A DNA stretch of 64,000 bases from a virus: positions 24,808 through 88,807 of IMG/VR virus record IMGVR_UViG_3300020442_002322, one strand, 5' to 3'. Each line of letters opens with the position of its first letter. The first letter of the stretch is position 1. Below, piece by piece: positions 48,629-56,829 of the stretch. The notes under the pieces are model-generated. The model had not been told where the DNA came from. It searched no databases and worked only from the letters and a program-made list of their open reading frames with translations. The position numbers and the translations under genes were made by a program.

Positions 48629-48877
48629 ATGATCTTACGTGAACTATTTTATTTTAACAAAGAAACATTAGAACCTGAAGAAGATAAATCCTACGATGCA
48701 TCTTCAGACCAAACACCTCTTGATTTCAACGACTCACGTAAAACACGTCTTACGCTTCGTCAGATTAACAAAGCAAGATTAGCATCAGAACTACATACTG
48801 AAGAACAAGAAAAGGAACTTTTCTTTATTAGGCAGATGTACGGTATTGCGGCTAATGCGGAATCTGCCGGAGTATGA
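48629..48877 (+). CDS. Small hypothetical head-module protein (82 aa)
   Basis: Start reassigned to MILRELFYF; RKTRLTLRQINKAR...QMYG. Confidence 0.7.
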   Translation: MILRELFYFNKETLEPEEDKSYDASSDQTPLDFNDSRKTRLTLRQINKARLASELHTEEQEKELFFIRQMYGIAANAESAGV

Positions 48878-48880
48878 TAA

Positions 48881-49480
48881 TTGAACATAGCATTTGTAAT
48901 TGGAAACGGCACTAGTCGTACAGGTATTGATCTCAAACATTTAAAAAAATTCGGCAGAATTTATGCCTGTAATGCAGTTTACAGAGAATTCCATCCAGAC
49001 TATCTTGTAGCAGTAGACACTAAAATGGTCAACGAAATAGCAAAAAACGGCTATCATCGTATTGGAGAAGTATGGACAAACTATAATAAACAATACGAAA
49101 AGTACAACGGATTAAATTATTTTGAACCTAGCAAAGGTTGGAGTAGTGGGCCAACTGCTTTGCATTTAGCTAGTGAACACAGAAATAACACAATTTACAT
49201 ACTAGGATTTGACTATAGAGGTATAGGTGCTGATAATAAACGTGTCAATAATATTTTTAGTGGCACACCAAATTACAAAAGAGAAAACGATAATGCAACT
49301 TATTTTGGCAATTGGTTGCGTCAAACAACTAATGTTATCCAGAAAAATCCAGAAAAAAGATATATAAGAGTAGTAGGGGACAAAAAGGGATTTGTACCAG
49401 AGCCTTTAGAAAAATTTGGTAATTTATCCCATATATCTAAGGGAGATTTTCTAAAATCTTTCAATTTAGCCCTCACATAG
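48881..49480 (+). CDS. Rossmann-like protein (DUF115/MptE- or sialyltransferase-like fold)
   Basis: AFVIGNGTSR...YACNAVYR...PDYLVAVD...SSGPTAL...IYILGFD. Confidence 0.6.
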   Translation: MNIAFVIGNGTSRTGIDLKHLKKFGRIYACNAVYREFHPDYLVAVDTKMVNEIAKNGYHRIGEVWTNYNKQYEKYNGLNYFEPSKGWSSGPTALHLASEHRNNTIYILGFDYRGIGADNKRVNNIFSGTPNYKRENDNATYFGNWLRQTTNVIQKNPEKRYIRVVGDKKGFVPEPLEKFGNLSHISKGDFLKSFNLALT

Positions 49481-49530
49481 CCAAAAACTACCAGTTTTTG
49501 GTGTATTTTCCAGTATAATATTACATTATT

Positions 49531-49538
49531 ACTAAATA
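49531..49538 (+). promoter_or_regulatory. T4-like late promoter (ACTAAATA)
   Basis: Upstream of the head operon. Confidence 0.5.
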
Positions 49539-49590
49539 ATAATGACAGCCTTACCATAGGTATAACAATTTATTTTACAAGGAGTATAAA

Positions 49591-50634
49591 ATGGCAGATC
49601 AAAACAAGTTCGAGGATATGCTCGAAAAACTTGTCAACGAAGATCGTGCTGGTGCAGAAGAATTGTTCCACGAGATTGTAGTTGAAAAATCAAGAGAAAT
49701 TTATGAAAACCTACTAGAAAATGATCTAGAGGAAGAGTCTAAGGACGAAGAAACAACTGAAGCAAAAGATGAAGAAGTTGATGAAGCATCTAAAGACGAA
49801 GAAACAACTGAAGCAACTGACGAAGAAGTTGATGAGTCATCTAAAGACGAAGAAGTAGATGAAGCAAAAGACGAGGAAGTTGACGAAGCATCAAAAGATG
49901 AAGAAGCAAAAGAAGGTTTTGACCTAGACGAGTTTGAAGTAGAACCTGTAGAAGCAGACAAAGGTGATGATTTCATCGATGACGTAATGGACGGCGGCGA
50001 CGAAGAAGGCGGCGACGACATGGGCGGTGATGACGAAGCACCAGCAGATGCAGAAGAAATGGAAGACCGTTTAGTTGATCTAGAACAAGAACTAGACAAG
50101 TTACGTTCTGAGTTTGAAGCAGAAATGGGTGACGGCGACGATAAAGGCGACGACATGGACATGGACGCTGGCGACGAAGAAGGTGAAGACGATGCAGAAG
50201 AAGAAAGCATCGACACACTTGGCATGGAAGCAACTGACGAAGAAGCAACAGAAGCAACAGACGAAGAAGTTGATGAAACAACTGATGAAGAAGTTGACGA
50301 AAGCAAAAAGTCAGAAGCAGAACAAATGCGCGAATATGTTGAAAAAGTAACTGCAACAATGGGCGACAACGGTGCAAACACTAAGTCACCAGTAGCAGGT
50401 AAAAACGACATGGGCGGTGATGCAAGCAACCTAGTAAAAGGTGGCGAAGCAGACTCAAAAGGTACAGCAGGTGGCTTAGCAGGTAATTCTCCAAAAGAGG
50501 AAAACATGGGCAACATTAATGTACCAGGTGGTAAAGCCGCAAAGAGCATGAAGAATATGCCAAAAGGCCATGGCGCTGAGAAAAAAGGCGCAGGCGAAAC
50601 TGCTGACAATAAAAAGTCAACAATTGGCTCTTAA
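49591..50634 (+). CDS. Highly acidic prohead core protein
   Basis: Asp/Glu-rich with DEEVDEA/DEETTEA repeats; lies between portal and protease; strong AAGGAG RBS. Confidence 0.7.
   Translation: MADQNKFEDMLEKLVNEDRAGAEELFHEIVVEKSREIYENLLENDLEEESKDEETTEAKDEEVDEASKDEETTEATDEEVDESSKDEEVDEAKDEEVDEASKDEEAKEGFDLDEFEVEPVEADKGDDFIDDVMDGGDEEGGDDMGGDDEAPADAEEMEDRLVDLEQELDKLRSEFEAEMGDGDDKGDDMDMDAGDEEGEDDAEEESIDTLGMEATDEEATEATDEEVDETTDEEVDESKKSEAEQMREYVEKVTATMGDNGANTKSPVAGKNDMGGDASNLVKGGEADSKGTAGGLAGNSPKEENMGNINVPGGKAAKSMKNMPKGHGAEKKGAGETADNKKSTIGS
49735..49912 (+). repeat. Imperfect 21-24 nt tandem repeats coding (S)KDEE(V/T)(D/T)EA
   Basis: About 8 copies visible; a second cluster lies at about 50230-50305. 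Confidence 0.75.
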
Positions 50635-50655
50635 TTGTTAGTGAATTAGGAAGTA

Positions 50656-51285
50656 GTGATGAATCTACTAAGTGAGAACTTGACATTTGACCAAGCTAAA
50701 ATGGTCGTTGAATCTACCGATAACGCTACCGGTGGTAAAGATTTACACCTTAAAGGTATCTTTATCCAAGGCGGAGTACGCAATGCAAACCAGCGTGTAT
50801 ATCCTGTAGAAGAAATTGGTAGGGCTGTCAAAACTCTCAATGATCAAATCAGTACTGGCTACTCAGTTCTTGGCGAAGTTGATCATCCTGAAGGCCTAAA
50901 TATTAACCTAGACCGTGTTTCACACATGATTACAAATATGTGGATGGAAGACGCAAATGGTTATGGGAAACTAAAAATTTTACCAACCCCGATGGGACAA
51001 TTAGTAAAAACAATGCTTGAAAGCGGAGTTAAACTAGGCGTCTCATCCAGAGGGTCAGGTGAAGTCACAGAGTCCGGCGATGTATCGGGCTTTGAAATTA
51101 TTACGGTAGACGTTGTAGCGCAACCAAGTGCGCCAGGCGCCTACCCTACACCAATTTACGAACATTTGATGAATGCTCGTGGTGGCTACAAGGCATACGA
51201 ACTAGCACAGGCAACAAGACACGATGATAAGGCACAAAAGTATCTAAAAGAGTCGTTGATTAATATAATCAACAAACTCCAGTAA
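50656..51285 (+). CDS. Prohead protease (T4 gp21-like)
   Basis: GIFIQG..RNANQRVYP, LGEVDHP, LGVSSRGSG, DVVAQPSAPGA. Confidence 0.95.
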   Translation: MMNLLSENLTFDQAKMVVESTDNATGGKDLHLKGIFIQGGVRNANQRVYPVEEIGRAVKTLNDQISTGYSVLGEVDHPEGLNINLDRVSHMITNMWMEDANGYGKLKILPTPMGQLVKTMLESGVKLGVSSRGSGEVTESGDVSGFEIITVDVVAQPSAPGAYPTPIYEHLMNARGGYKAYELAQATRHDDKAQKYLKESLINIINKLQ

Positions 51286-51299
51286 ATTAGGAGAACGTT

Positions 51300-52391
51300 A
51301 TGATAGATGCACTGAAAACACTCTTTGAAAACGATGTAGTTTCTGAAGAAGTGCGTCAACAAATTGAAGAGGCTTGGGAAGCAAAAGTTCGCGAAAACAA
51401 AATGCAGGCAACTGCTGAGTTACGTGAAGAGTTCGCTAAGAAGTACGAGCATGATAAGTCAACTATGGTTGAAGCTATCGATAAAATGCTTGACGAAAAA
51501 CTTGGCGAAGAAATTGCTGAATTCGCAGAAGATCGTAAGTCACTGGCTGAGGCTAGAGCAAAGTATGCAGTAGCAATGCGTGAAAACGCAGACCTAATGA
51601 AATCATTTGTTTTTGAAACACTTGGCAAAGAGATTAAAGAGCTTCACGAAGATCAAAAAGCAATGTCTGAAAACTTCGGAAAGCTAGAAGAATTTGTTGT
51701 TGAAGCACTGACGAAAGAAATCGCAGAGTTTTACGAAGACAAAAAAGATTTGGCAGAAACTAAAGTACGTTTAGTGCGTGAAGCTAAGTCACACCTTGCT
51801 AAAGTTAAGAAAAACTTTATCGAGAAGAGTGCAAAATTAGTATCGGAATCTGTTAGCAAGAATCTTAATAAAGAGATTACTGCACTTAAAGACGATATTG
51901 AGACTGCACGTCAAAACGACTTCGGTCGCAAGCTGTTTGAAAGTTTTGCATCTGAGTACGCTAACAGCTACTTAAATGAGAAATCAGAAACAGCGAAACT
52001 TCTAAAAGTTGTTGATCTAAAAGATAAACAAGTAAAAGAAGCTCAAGACGCCGTAGAGGCTGTTAAAGCTGAGGTAACTGCAAAAGATGCAGAAATCAAA
52101 AGCATTAACGAAGCGGCTGAAAGACAAACTAAATTGAACTCATTGATTGAGCCATTAAGCAAAGATCAGAGAGAGATTATGACAGACTTACTGGAATCAG
52201 TTCAAACTGCTAAGTTAGACAAGGCGTTTGATAAGTATCTTCCGGCAGTAATTGACGGTAAGGGTCCAGCAAAGCAGAAGGCAACACTAACAGAGGCAAA
52301 AGAAATAACAGGCAATAGAACACAAACTAACGTTAGTAGCAAAGCAGACGAAAATGTAGTTGACATTCGTCGTCTTGCTGGATTGAATTAA
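51300..52391 (+). CDS. Prohead scaffold protein (T4 gp22-like)
   Basis: Coiled-coil, between protease and capsid genes; ends RRLAGL. Confidence 0.8.
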   Translation: MIDALKTLFENDVVSEEVRQQIEEAWEAKVRENKMQATAELREEFAKKYEHDKSTMVEAIDKMLDEKLGEEIAEFAEDRKSLAEARAKYAVAMRENADLMKSFVFETLGKEIKELHEDQKAMSENFGKLEEFVVEALTKEIAEFYEDKKDLAETKVRLVREAKSHLAKVKKNFIEKSAKLVSESVSKNLNKEITALKDDIETARQNDFGRKLFESFASEYANSYLNEKSETAKLLKVVDLKDKQVKEAQDAVEAVKAEVTAKDAEIKSINEAAERQTKLNSLIEPLSKDQREIMTDLLESVQTAKLDKAFDKYLPAVIDGKGPAKQKATLTEAKEITGNRTQTNVSSKADENVVDIRRLAGLN

Positions 52392-52401
52392 GGAGATAAT
52401 T

Positions 52402-53577
52402 ATGTCAGAACTACTAGAAAGTCGCTGGCAGGAAACCAAAGGCGCACTTCTTGAAGGCCTAAATGGCAACAAGAAAGCTGTTATGTCTGCAACGCTTGAG
52501 AACACTCGCAAGCATTTGATGGAGACAGCTACAGCTGGTGCAACTTCTGCCGGTAATGTCGCAACACTTAATCGTGTTATCCTACCCGTTATCAGACGTG
52601 TAATGCCAACAGTTATTGCAAATGAACTAGTTGGTGTACAGCCTATGACAGGTCCAGTGGGTCAAATCCACACATTGAGAGTACGCTACTCAGACACAGC
52701 AGGCACAGGCGCAAGCGGTGCTGTAGCTGGTGAGGAAGCACTTTCACCATTTAAAATTGCGCAAGCATATTCAGGTGATACAACAAATGCAACAGCAGAT
52801 GCTACTGCATCACTTGAAGGTTCAGCTGGTAATCAACTAAGCATCCAAATCTTAAAGCAAACTGTTGAAGCTAAATCAAGAAAGCTATCAGCACGTTGGA
52901 CTTTTGAGGCGGCACAAGATGCTCAGTCACAGCATGGAATTGATGTTGAAGCTGAAATTATGGCGGCTTTAGCGCAAGAAATTACTGCTGAAATTGACCA
53001 AGAGATCCTAGCATCTCTACGTACACTTTCAGGTACAGCAGTTGAAACATACGACCAAGCGGCGGTATCAGGTACTGCAACTTTCGTTGGTGACGAACAT
53101 GCGGCTTTAGCTGTTCAAATCAACAGAGCGGCTAACTTGATTGCTCAGCGTACACGTCGTGGTGCAGGTAACTATGCAGTTGTTAGCCCATTTGCGTTAA
53201 CAATTCTACAATCTGCAACAACTTCAGCGTTCGCAAGAACAACTGAAGGTGCATTTGAAGCACCAACAAACACTAAGTTTGTAGGTACTCTAAACAATGC
53301 AATGCGTGTATATGTTGACACATACGCAGGTGACGGTACAGCAGTACTAGTTGGTTACAAAGGTTCAAGCGAATCAGATGCACCAGCATTCTACTGCCCA
53401 TACATTCCACTAATGTCAAGTGGTGTTGTAATGGATCCATCAACATTCGAACCAGTTGTGAGCTTCATGACTAGATACGGATACGTGGAACTAAGCAATA
53501 CAGCTTCGTCATTAGGTAATGCGGCTGATTACCTAGCAAACGTTGCGATTACAAACGGTAACGTAAGCTTCAGCTAA
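52402..53577 (+). CDS. Major capsid protein (T4 gp23-like)
   Basis: RRVMP...VGVQPMTGPVGQI, VEAKSRKL.ARWTFE.AQD...HGIDVEAE, FYCPYIPL, FMTRYG. Confidence 0.97.
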   Translation: MSELLESRWQETKGALLEGLNGNKKAVMSATLENTRKHLMETATAGATSAGNVATLNRVILPVIRRVMPTVIANELVGVQPMTGPVGQIHTLRVRYSDTAGTGASGAVAGEEALSPFKIAQAYSGDTTNATADATASLEGSAGNQLSIQILKQTVEAKSRKLSARWTFEAAQDAQSQHGIDVEAEIMAALAQEITAEIDQEILASLRTLSGTAVETYDQAAVSGTATFVGDEHAALAVQINRAANLIAQRTRRGAGNYAVVSPFALTILQSATTSAFARTTEGAFEAPTNTKFVGTLNNAMRVYVDTYAGDGTAVLVGYKGSSESDAPAFYCPYIPLMSSGVVMDPSTFEPVVSFMTRYGYVELSNTASSLGNAADYLANVAITNGNVSFS

Positions 53578-53595
53578 TATTTTTTAGCAAAATTT

Positions 53596-53624
53596 AAAAT
53601 AGGCCCTACGGGGCCTATTTTTTT
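53596..53624 (+). terminator. Rho-independent terminator
   Basis: AAAATAGGCCC-TACG-GGGCCTATTTT followed by a T run. Confidence 0.9.
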
Positions 53625-53639
53625 GACTAAATTTTCTTC

Positions 53640-53670
53640 TTGACTTTCTCTCTCAAATAATATATAAATA
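53640..53670 (+). promoter_or_regulatory. Overlapping sigma70 (TTGACT-17-TATAAA) and late (TATAAATA) promoter
   Basis: Motifs at 53640-53645 and 53663-53670, 10 nt before the ATG. Confidence 0.6.
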
Positions 53671-53680
53671 GACTCAATTT

Positions 53681-54052
53681 ATGAAACACAAACATTTAAT
53701 AATACGAGCGGAAGTTAGTAACCCACCTAGGTACGAGCAAAATATTATTGATTGGACAAAACATTTAATCCAAGACATTGGCATGAAGATTTTGCTAGGT
53801 CCATATGCAACGTACTGTGATAAAGAAGGTAACAAAGGCTATACTTGTGCAACAATTATAGAAACTTCCCACGTTGTTGTACACACATGGGACGAAGTTA
53901 GTCCTAAACTTGTACAACTAGATGTTTATACGTGCAGTGAATTGGATATCAGAACAGTGTTTGACGCACTAGATAAATGGGATCCAATTAAAATAGATTA
54001 CAAATATCTTGATAGAGAAACTAATCTTACAGAAGTATTAGATACTAAATAG
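53681..54052 (+). CDS. speD: S-adenosylmethionine decarboxylase proenzyme (pyruvoyl-dependent)
   Basis: HLII...GYTCATIIETSHVVVHTW.E...QLDVYTC motif. Confidence 0.85.
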   Translation: MKHKHLIIRAEVSNPPRYEQNIIDWTKHLIQDIGMKILLGPYATYCDKEGNKGYTCATIIETSHVVVHTWDEVSPKLVQLDVYTCSELDIRTVFDALDKWDPIKIDYKYLDRETNLTEVLDTK

Positions 54053-54055
54053 ATA

Positions 54056-54102
54056 TACGTTCAGCCCAAGGGCCGGAAGTAGCATAATGCGAAGGAACGC
54101 AC
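54056..54102 (+). promoter_or_regulatory. glnA-type (glutamine-I) riboswitch aptamer
   Basis: CGTTCA-GCCC aa GGGC-CGGAAGTA-GCA taa TGC-GAAGGAACGC matches the recalled glnA motif (P1 CGUU/AACG, GGAAGUA and GAA E-loop strands); preceded by late promoter ACTAAATA (54044-54051). Confidence 0.75.
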
Positions 54103-54125
54103 TCAACTGTAAAAAGGAGAGTGAT

Positions 54126-54278
54126 ATGAACTACAAAGACTTTGAATTAGCTCGCAAGAAACGCAAAACTGAAGAAGCACATAAAGCGATCAAGCGTAAG
54201 CAAATGGTTAGATCATCTAGACCAAGAGCTAAAGAAAACTACTTTGCTAAAAATAATCCACAATTACAAGGAATATAA
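54126..54278 (+). CDS. 50-aa basic peptide downstream of the glutamine riboswitch
   Basis: AAGGAG RBS at 54114-54119; start reassigned to MNYKDFELARKK. Confidence 0.7.
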   Translation: MNYKDFELARKKRKTEEAHKAIKRKQMVRSSRPRAKENYFAKNNPQLQGI

Positions 54279-54298
54279 ACATTTTGGTAAAAAAGTGG

Positions 54299-54327
54299 TT
54301 GACTTTTGCGCTAAAGTTTGCTATATT
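54299..54327 (+). promoter_or_regulatory. Sigma70-type promoter
   Basis: TTGACT-17 nt-TATATT with TGn extended -10. Confidence 0.7.
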
Positions 54328-54333
54328 ACTAAC

Positions 54334-54550
54334 ATATGCTACAAAGACTTAGCTAGTCGATGTATATAGTGCAAGGAAGAGGCGTTTACCAGAGCGTCGA
54401 ACTTGGCTGTAAAGGGGTGGTACCCAGGCATGGTAGTAGAAATACGCTGTGTCACATCGCTCTACCGAGCGGCTACAGGCTCCCTGGTTTCAGAATGGTA
54501 TCTGCGGCGAGGGGTTGGAGGTATAACCGAATCCTCCCTATTTTGCATAT
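54334..54550 (+). ncRNA. Unclassified structured RNA / candidate riboswitch
   Basis: GC-rich, bounded by a promoter and a terminator; ends pair (ATATGC/GCATAT); at least 7 stems and two predicted long-range loop pairings. Confidence 0.7.
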
Positions 54551-54555
54551 TTTAT

Positions 54556-54588
54556 AAAGGTTTACCGGGAGACTGGTAAGCCTTTTTT
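54556..54588 (+). terminator. Rho-independent terminator
   Basis: AAAGGTTTACCGG-GAGA-CTGGTAAGCCTTT followed by a T run. Confidence 0.85.
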
Positions 54589-54589
54589 C

Positions 54590-54618
54590 TTGACATTTTT
54601 ATATTTGTTGTATATAAT
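54590..54618 (+). promoter_or_regulatory. Consensus sigma70 promoter
   Basis: TTGACA-17 nt-TATAAT, 7 nt before ATG 54626. Confidence 0.8.
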
Positions 54619-54625
54619 ATGTTAT

Positions 54626-56347
54626 ATGAAAAAAATATTAATGTTAGTCACAGCTCTGGCTGTGTTTTTTTGTGGCCGGGCTGTCGCAGAGCCCTTAGAG
54701 ATTACTATATACTTGCCACGTACAGCAAGCGATTTAAATTCAACAACATACAGTTATGATTACATTCCGTTAGATGCTCCTATAGCAAATACTAAAGGTG
54801 TTGATATGGTACAAAACGGACCCGCAGGACAAAGCAGTAGTTTGTTTATTCGAGGCACAGAAAGTGATCATAGTTTAATTACATTAAACGGAATTCCTAT
54901 AAAGGACAACAGCACTCCGAGTGGTGCAGATGATCTAAGTCAACACAGTTTGCTAGGAATGAATAATATTGTAGTCATAAAGGGCCCTGTGAGCAACGTA
55001 TACGGGCCTAATGCGGCAGGTGGTGTAGTTGATATGCAAACTACAACAATAGGCGATAATTATGTAGATTTTACAATAGGATCAAACAATTATGTAAGCA
55101 AAGAAATTAGTATTGTTGATAAAAAGTTTGATGATAATCACAACTTTAAACTTGTACTAAATCAAACTACAACAGACGGTATAAGTGTTTATGCTGATGG
55201 TACAGAAGACGATCCGTTAGAAACAAACAGTTACAATTTTAATTGGGATTATTATAGTAACAAGTATGTCCTAACTTTTAATAAAATTTATGATCGCAAT
55301 GAAAGTAATTTAGATAGCAGTAGTGCAGATGTTTTAAACTACACAGGTGATTGGATATGGAACAACAATCAAATCATTTGGCAAGCAGAAGATACAAAAG
55401 TTGTGTTAAACAATAGCACACACGACAGAACTTACAATAAAAATAACGTAGTAGACGAATACAATAGTGAAAATAATTCTTATTTTGTGGAACATAAATT
55501 TAACAAAGAAAATTATGATTATATTATAGGTTGGGATTATACAGAATCTAGTGCAGACTTTGCTACAAACATTAACAATTATCAAAGCAGTGTAAATGAA
55601 AATAGATATACAACTGGTGCTTTTTTCGAATTAGATAAAATGTATTCAAATGGAATAATAAGTTTTAGTAGTAGACTAGATAGTATTAGTGATTTTGACA
55701 ATCAAGTTAGTTCAAGAATAGGCGGAAGTTATAATAACTTTAGAGCAAGTTATTCACAAGGATACAGATTACCTACACTATATGAAATGTATGGTATAGA
55801 CAGCTATGGATACAACGGAAATCCTAACTTAGAAACAGAAGATTTAGATAGTTATGAAATAGGTTATAGAAACAACGGTTTTGATATTGCACTATTTTAT
55901 ATAGAAGAATCTAATCCTATTACATATCAAAGCAGTACATATGTTAATGTAGCAGAAGGTGGAGACAGCAAAGGTGTTGAAGTTAGTTATAATAAAGATT
56001 ATAAAGGGTACTTTTTTAATACTAGCACAACTTATACAGAAGCAAAACTAGCAAATGGCAATGATAAGTTACGCAGACCAAATTGGATCAATAATACAAG
56101 TATTTCAAAAGACATATTTAAAATTAACATGAATTACCATGGAAGTCATAAAGATATTGACGGAACAACCTATGCAACTGTTGATAAACCTAGTGTTACT
56201 ACATTTGATTTTGAAGTAAATAAAACTATAGAAAATAAAATGTTATACTTTGGTTTATACAATATTACTGATGTTGATTATGAACGTCCAGATGGCTACA
56301 ATCAAGATGGTATCAATTTCAAAGCAGGTATAAAAATAATAATGTAA
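54626..56347 (+). CDS. TonB-dependent outer-membrane receptor, BtuB (cobalamin)-like
   Basis: Signal peptide MKKILML...AVA; plug motifs GQSSSLFIRGTESDHSLITLNGIPI and KGPVSNVYGPNAAGGVV; barrel motifs YRLPTLYEMYG, GNPNLETE, LRRP, NITDVDYE..GYN. Confidence 0.85.
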   Translation: MKKILMLVTALAVFFCGRAVAEPLEITIYLPRTASDLNSTTYSYDYIPLDAPIANTKGVDMVQNGPAGQSSSLFIRGTESDHSLITLNGIPIKDNSTPSGADDLSQHSLLGMNNIVVIKGPVSNVYGPNAAGGVVDMQTTTIGDNYVDFTIGSNNYVSKEISIVDKKFDDNHNFKLVLNQTTTDGISVYADGTEDDPLETNSYNFNWDYYSNKYVLTFNKIYDRNESNLDSSSADVLNYTGDWIWNNNQIIWQAEDTKVVLNNSTHDRTYNKNNVVDEYNSENNSYFVEHKFNKENYDYIIGWDYTESSADFATNINNYQSSVNENRYTTGAFFELDKMYSNGIISFSSRLDSISDFDNQVSSRIGGSYNNFRASYSQGYRLPTLYEMYGIDSYGYNGNPNLETEDLDSYEIGYRNNGFDIALFYIEESNPITYQSSTYVNVAEGGDSKGVEVSYNKDYKGYFFNTSTTYTEAKLANGNDKLRRPNWINNTSISKDIFKINMNYHGSHKDIDGTTYATVDKPSVTTFDFEVNKTIENKMLYFGLYNITDVDYERPDGYNQDGINFKAGIKIIM

Positions 56348-56829
56348 TGAACAAATTGCTTTGGTTTCTGTTTTTTGTTTTAATTTTAGCTCTAAGTAGA
56401 ATAATACCACATCCACCTAATTTTACACCTATACTTGCTGTAGCAATTTTTGCTCCACTAGTTATTACTAATATTTGGGCTGTAATACTAGGAGTATTGT
56501 GTGCTATGATTATTGCTGATTTCTATTACGGATTGCATAGTTATATGATATGGACATATAGCACTATTGCAATTAGCACATTAATGGCAACTAGAATAAA
56601 ATTATTGCCAATGATGTTTATAAGTCCTATCCTATTTTTTGTAATTACAAATTTTGCCGTTTGGACATCAGGATATTACGGATATACATTAGTTGGGTTG
56701 ATTGCATGTTATACAGCCGCTATACCATTCTTCAGCATGACACTATTAAGCACAATTTTCTATACATCTTGTTTTTATTTGCTATACAAAGCAACACATT
56801 CACTAAAAACACCTACTAGTTCTTTTTGA
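56347..56829 (+). CDS. Multi-pass membrane protein, DUF6580 / ECF S-component-like
   Basis: SRIIPHPPNFTPILAVAIF, FFVITNFAVW, GLIACYTAAIPFF; 5-6 hydrophobic helices; TAATG-coupled to the receptor gene. Confidence 0.75.
   Translation: MNKLLWFLFFVLILALSRIIPHPPNFTPILAVAIFAPLVITNIWAVILGVLCAMIIADFYYGLHSYMIWTYSTIAISTLMATRIKLLPMMFISPILFFVITNFAVWTSGYYGYTLVGLIACYTAAIPFFSMTLLSTIFYTSCFYLLYKATHSLKTPTSSF

Noticed and set aside
49735-50305. Possible CRISPR-like array
   Set aside because: The repeats are in-frame, degenerate, lack unique spacers and encode acidic peptide repeats
49701-50609. 302-aa Ser-rich antisense ORF
   Set aside because: Shadow of the GAA/GAC-rich acidic core gene
54334-54550. Canonical cobalamin riboswitch upstream of the BtuB-like gene
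   Set aside because: Conserved GGGAA, GCCACTG and B12-box elements were not found; kept as an unclassified RNA
54360-54557. 65-aa ORF in the track
   Set aside because: No RBS, atypical composition, and it coincides with the structured RNA
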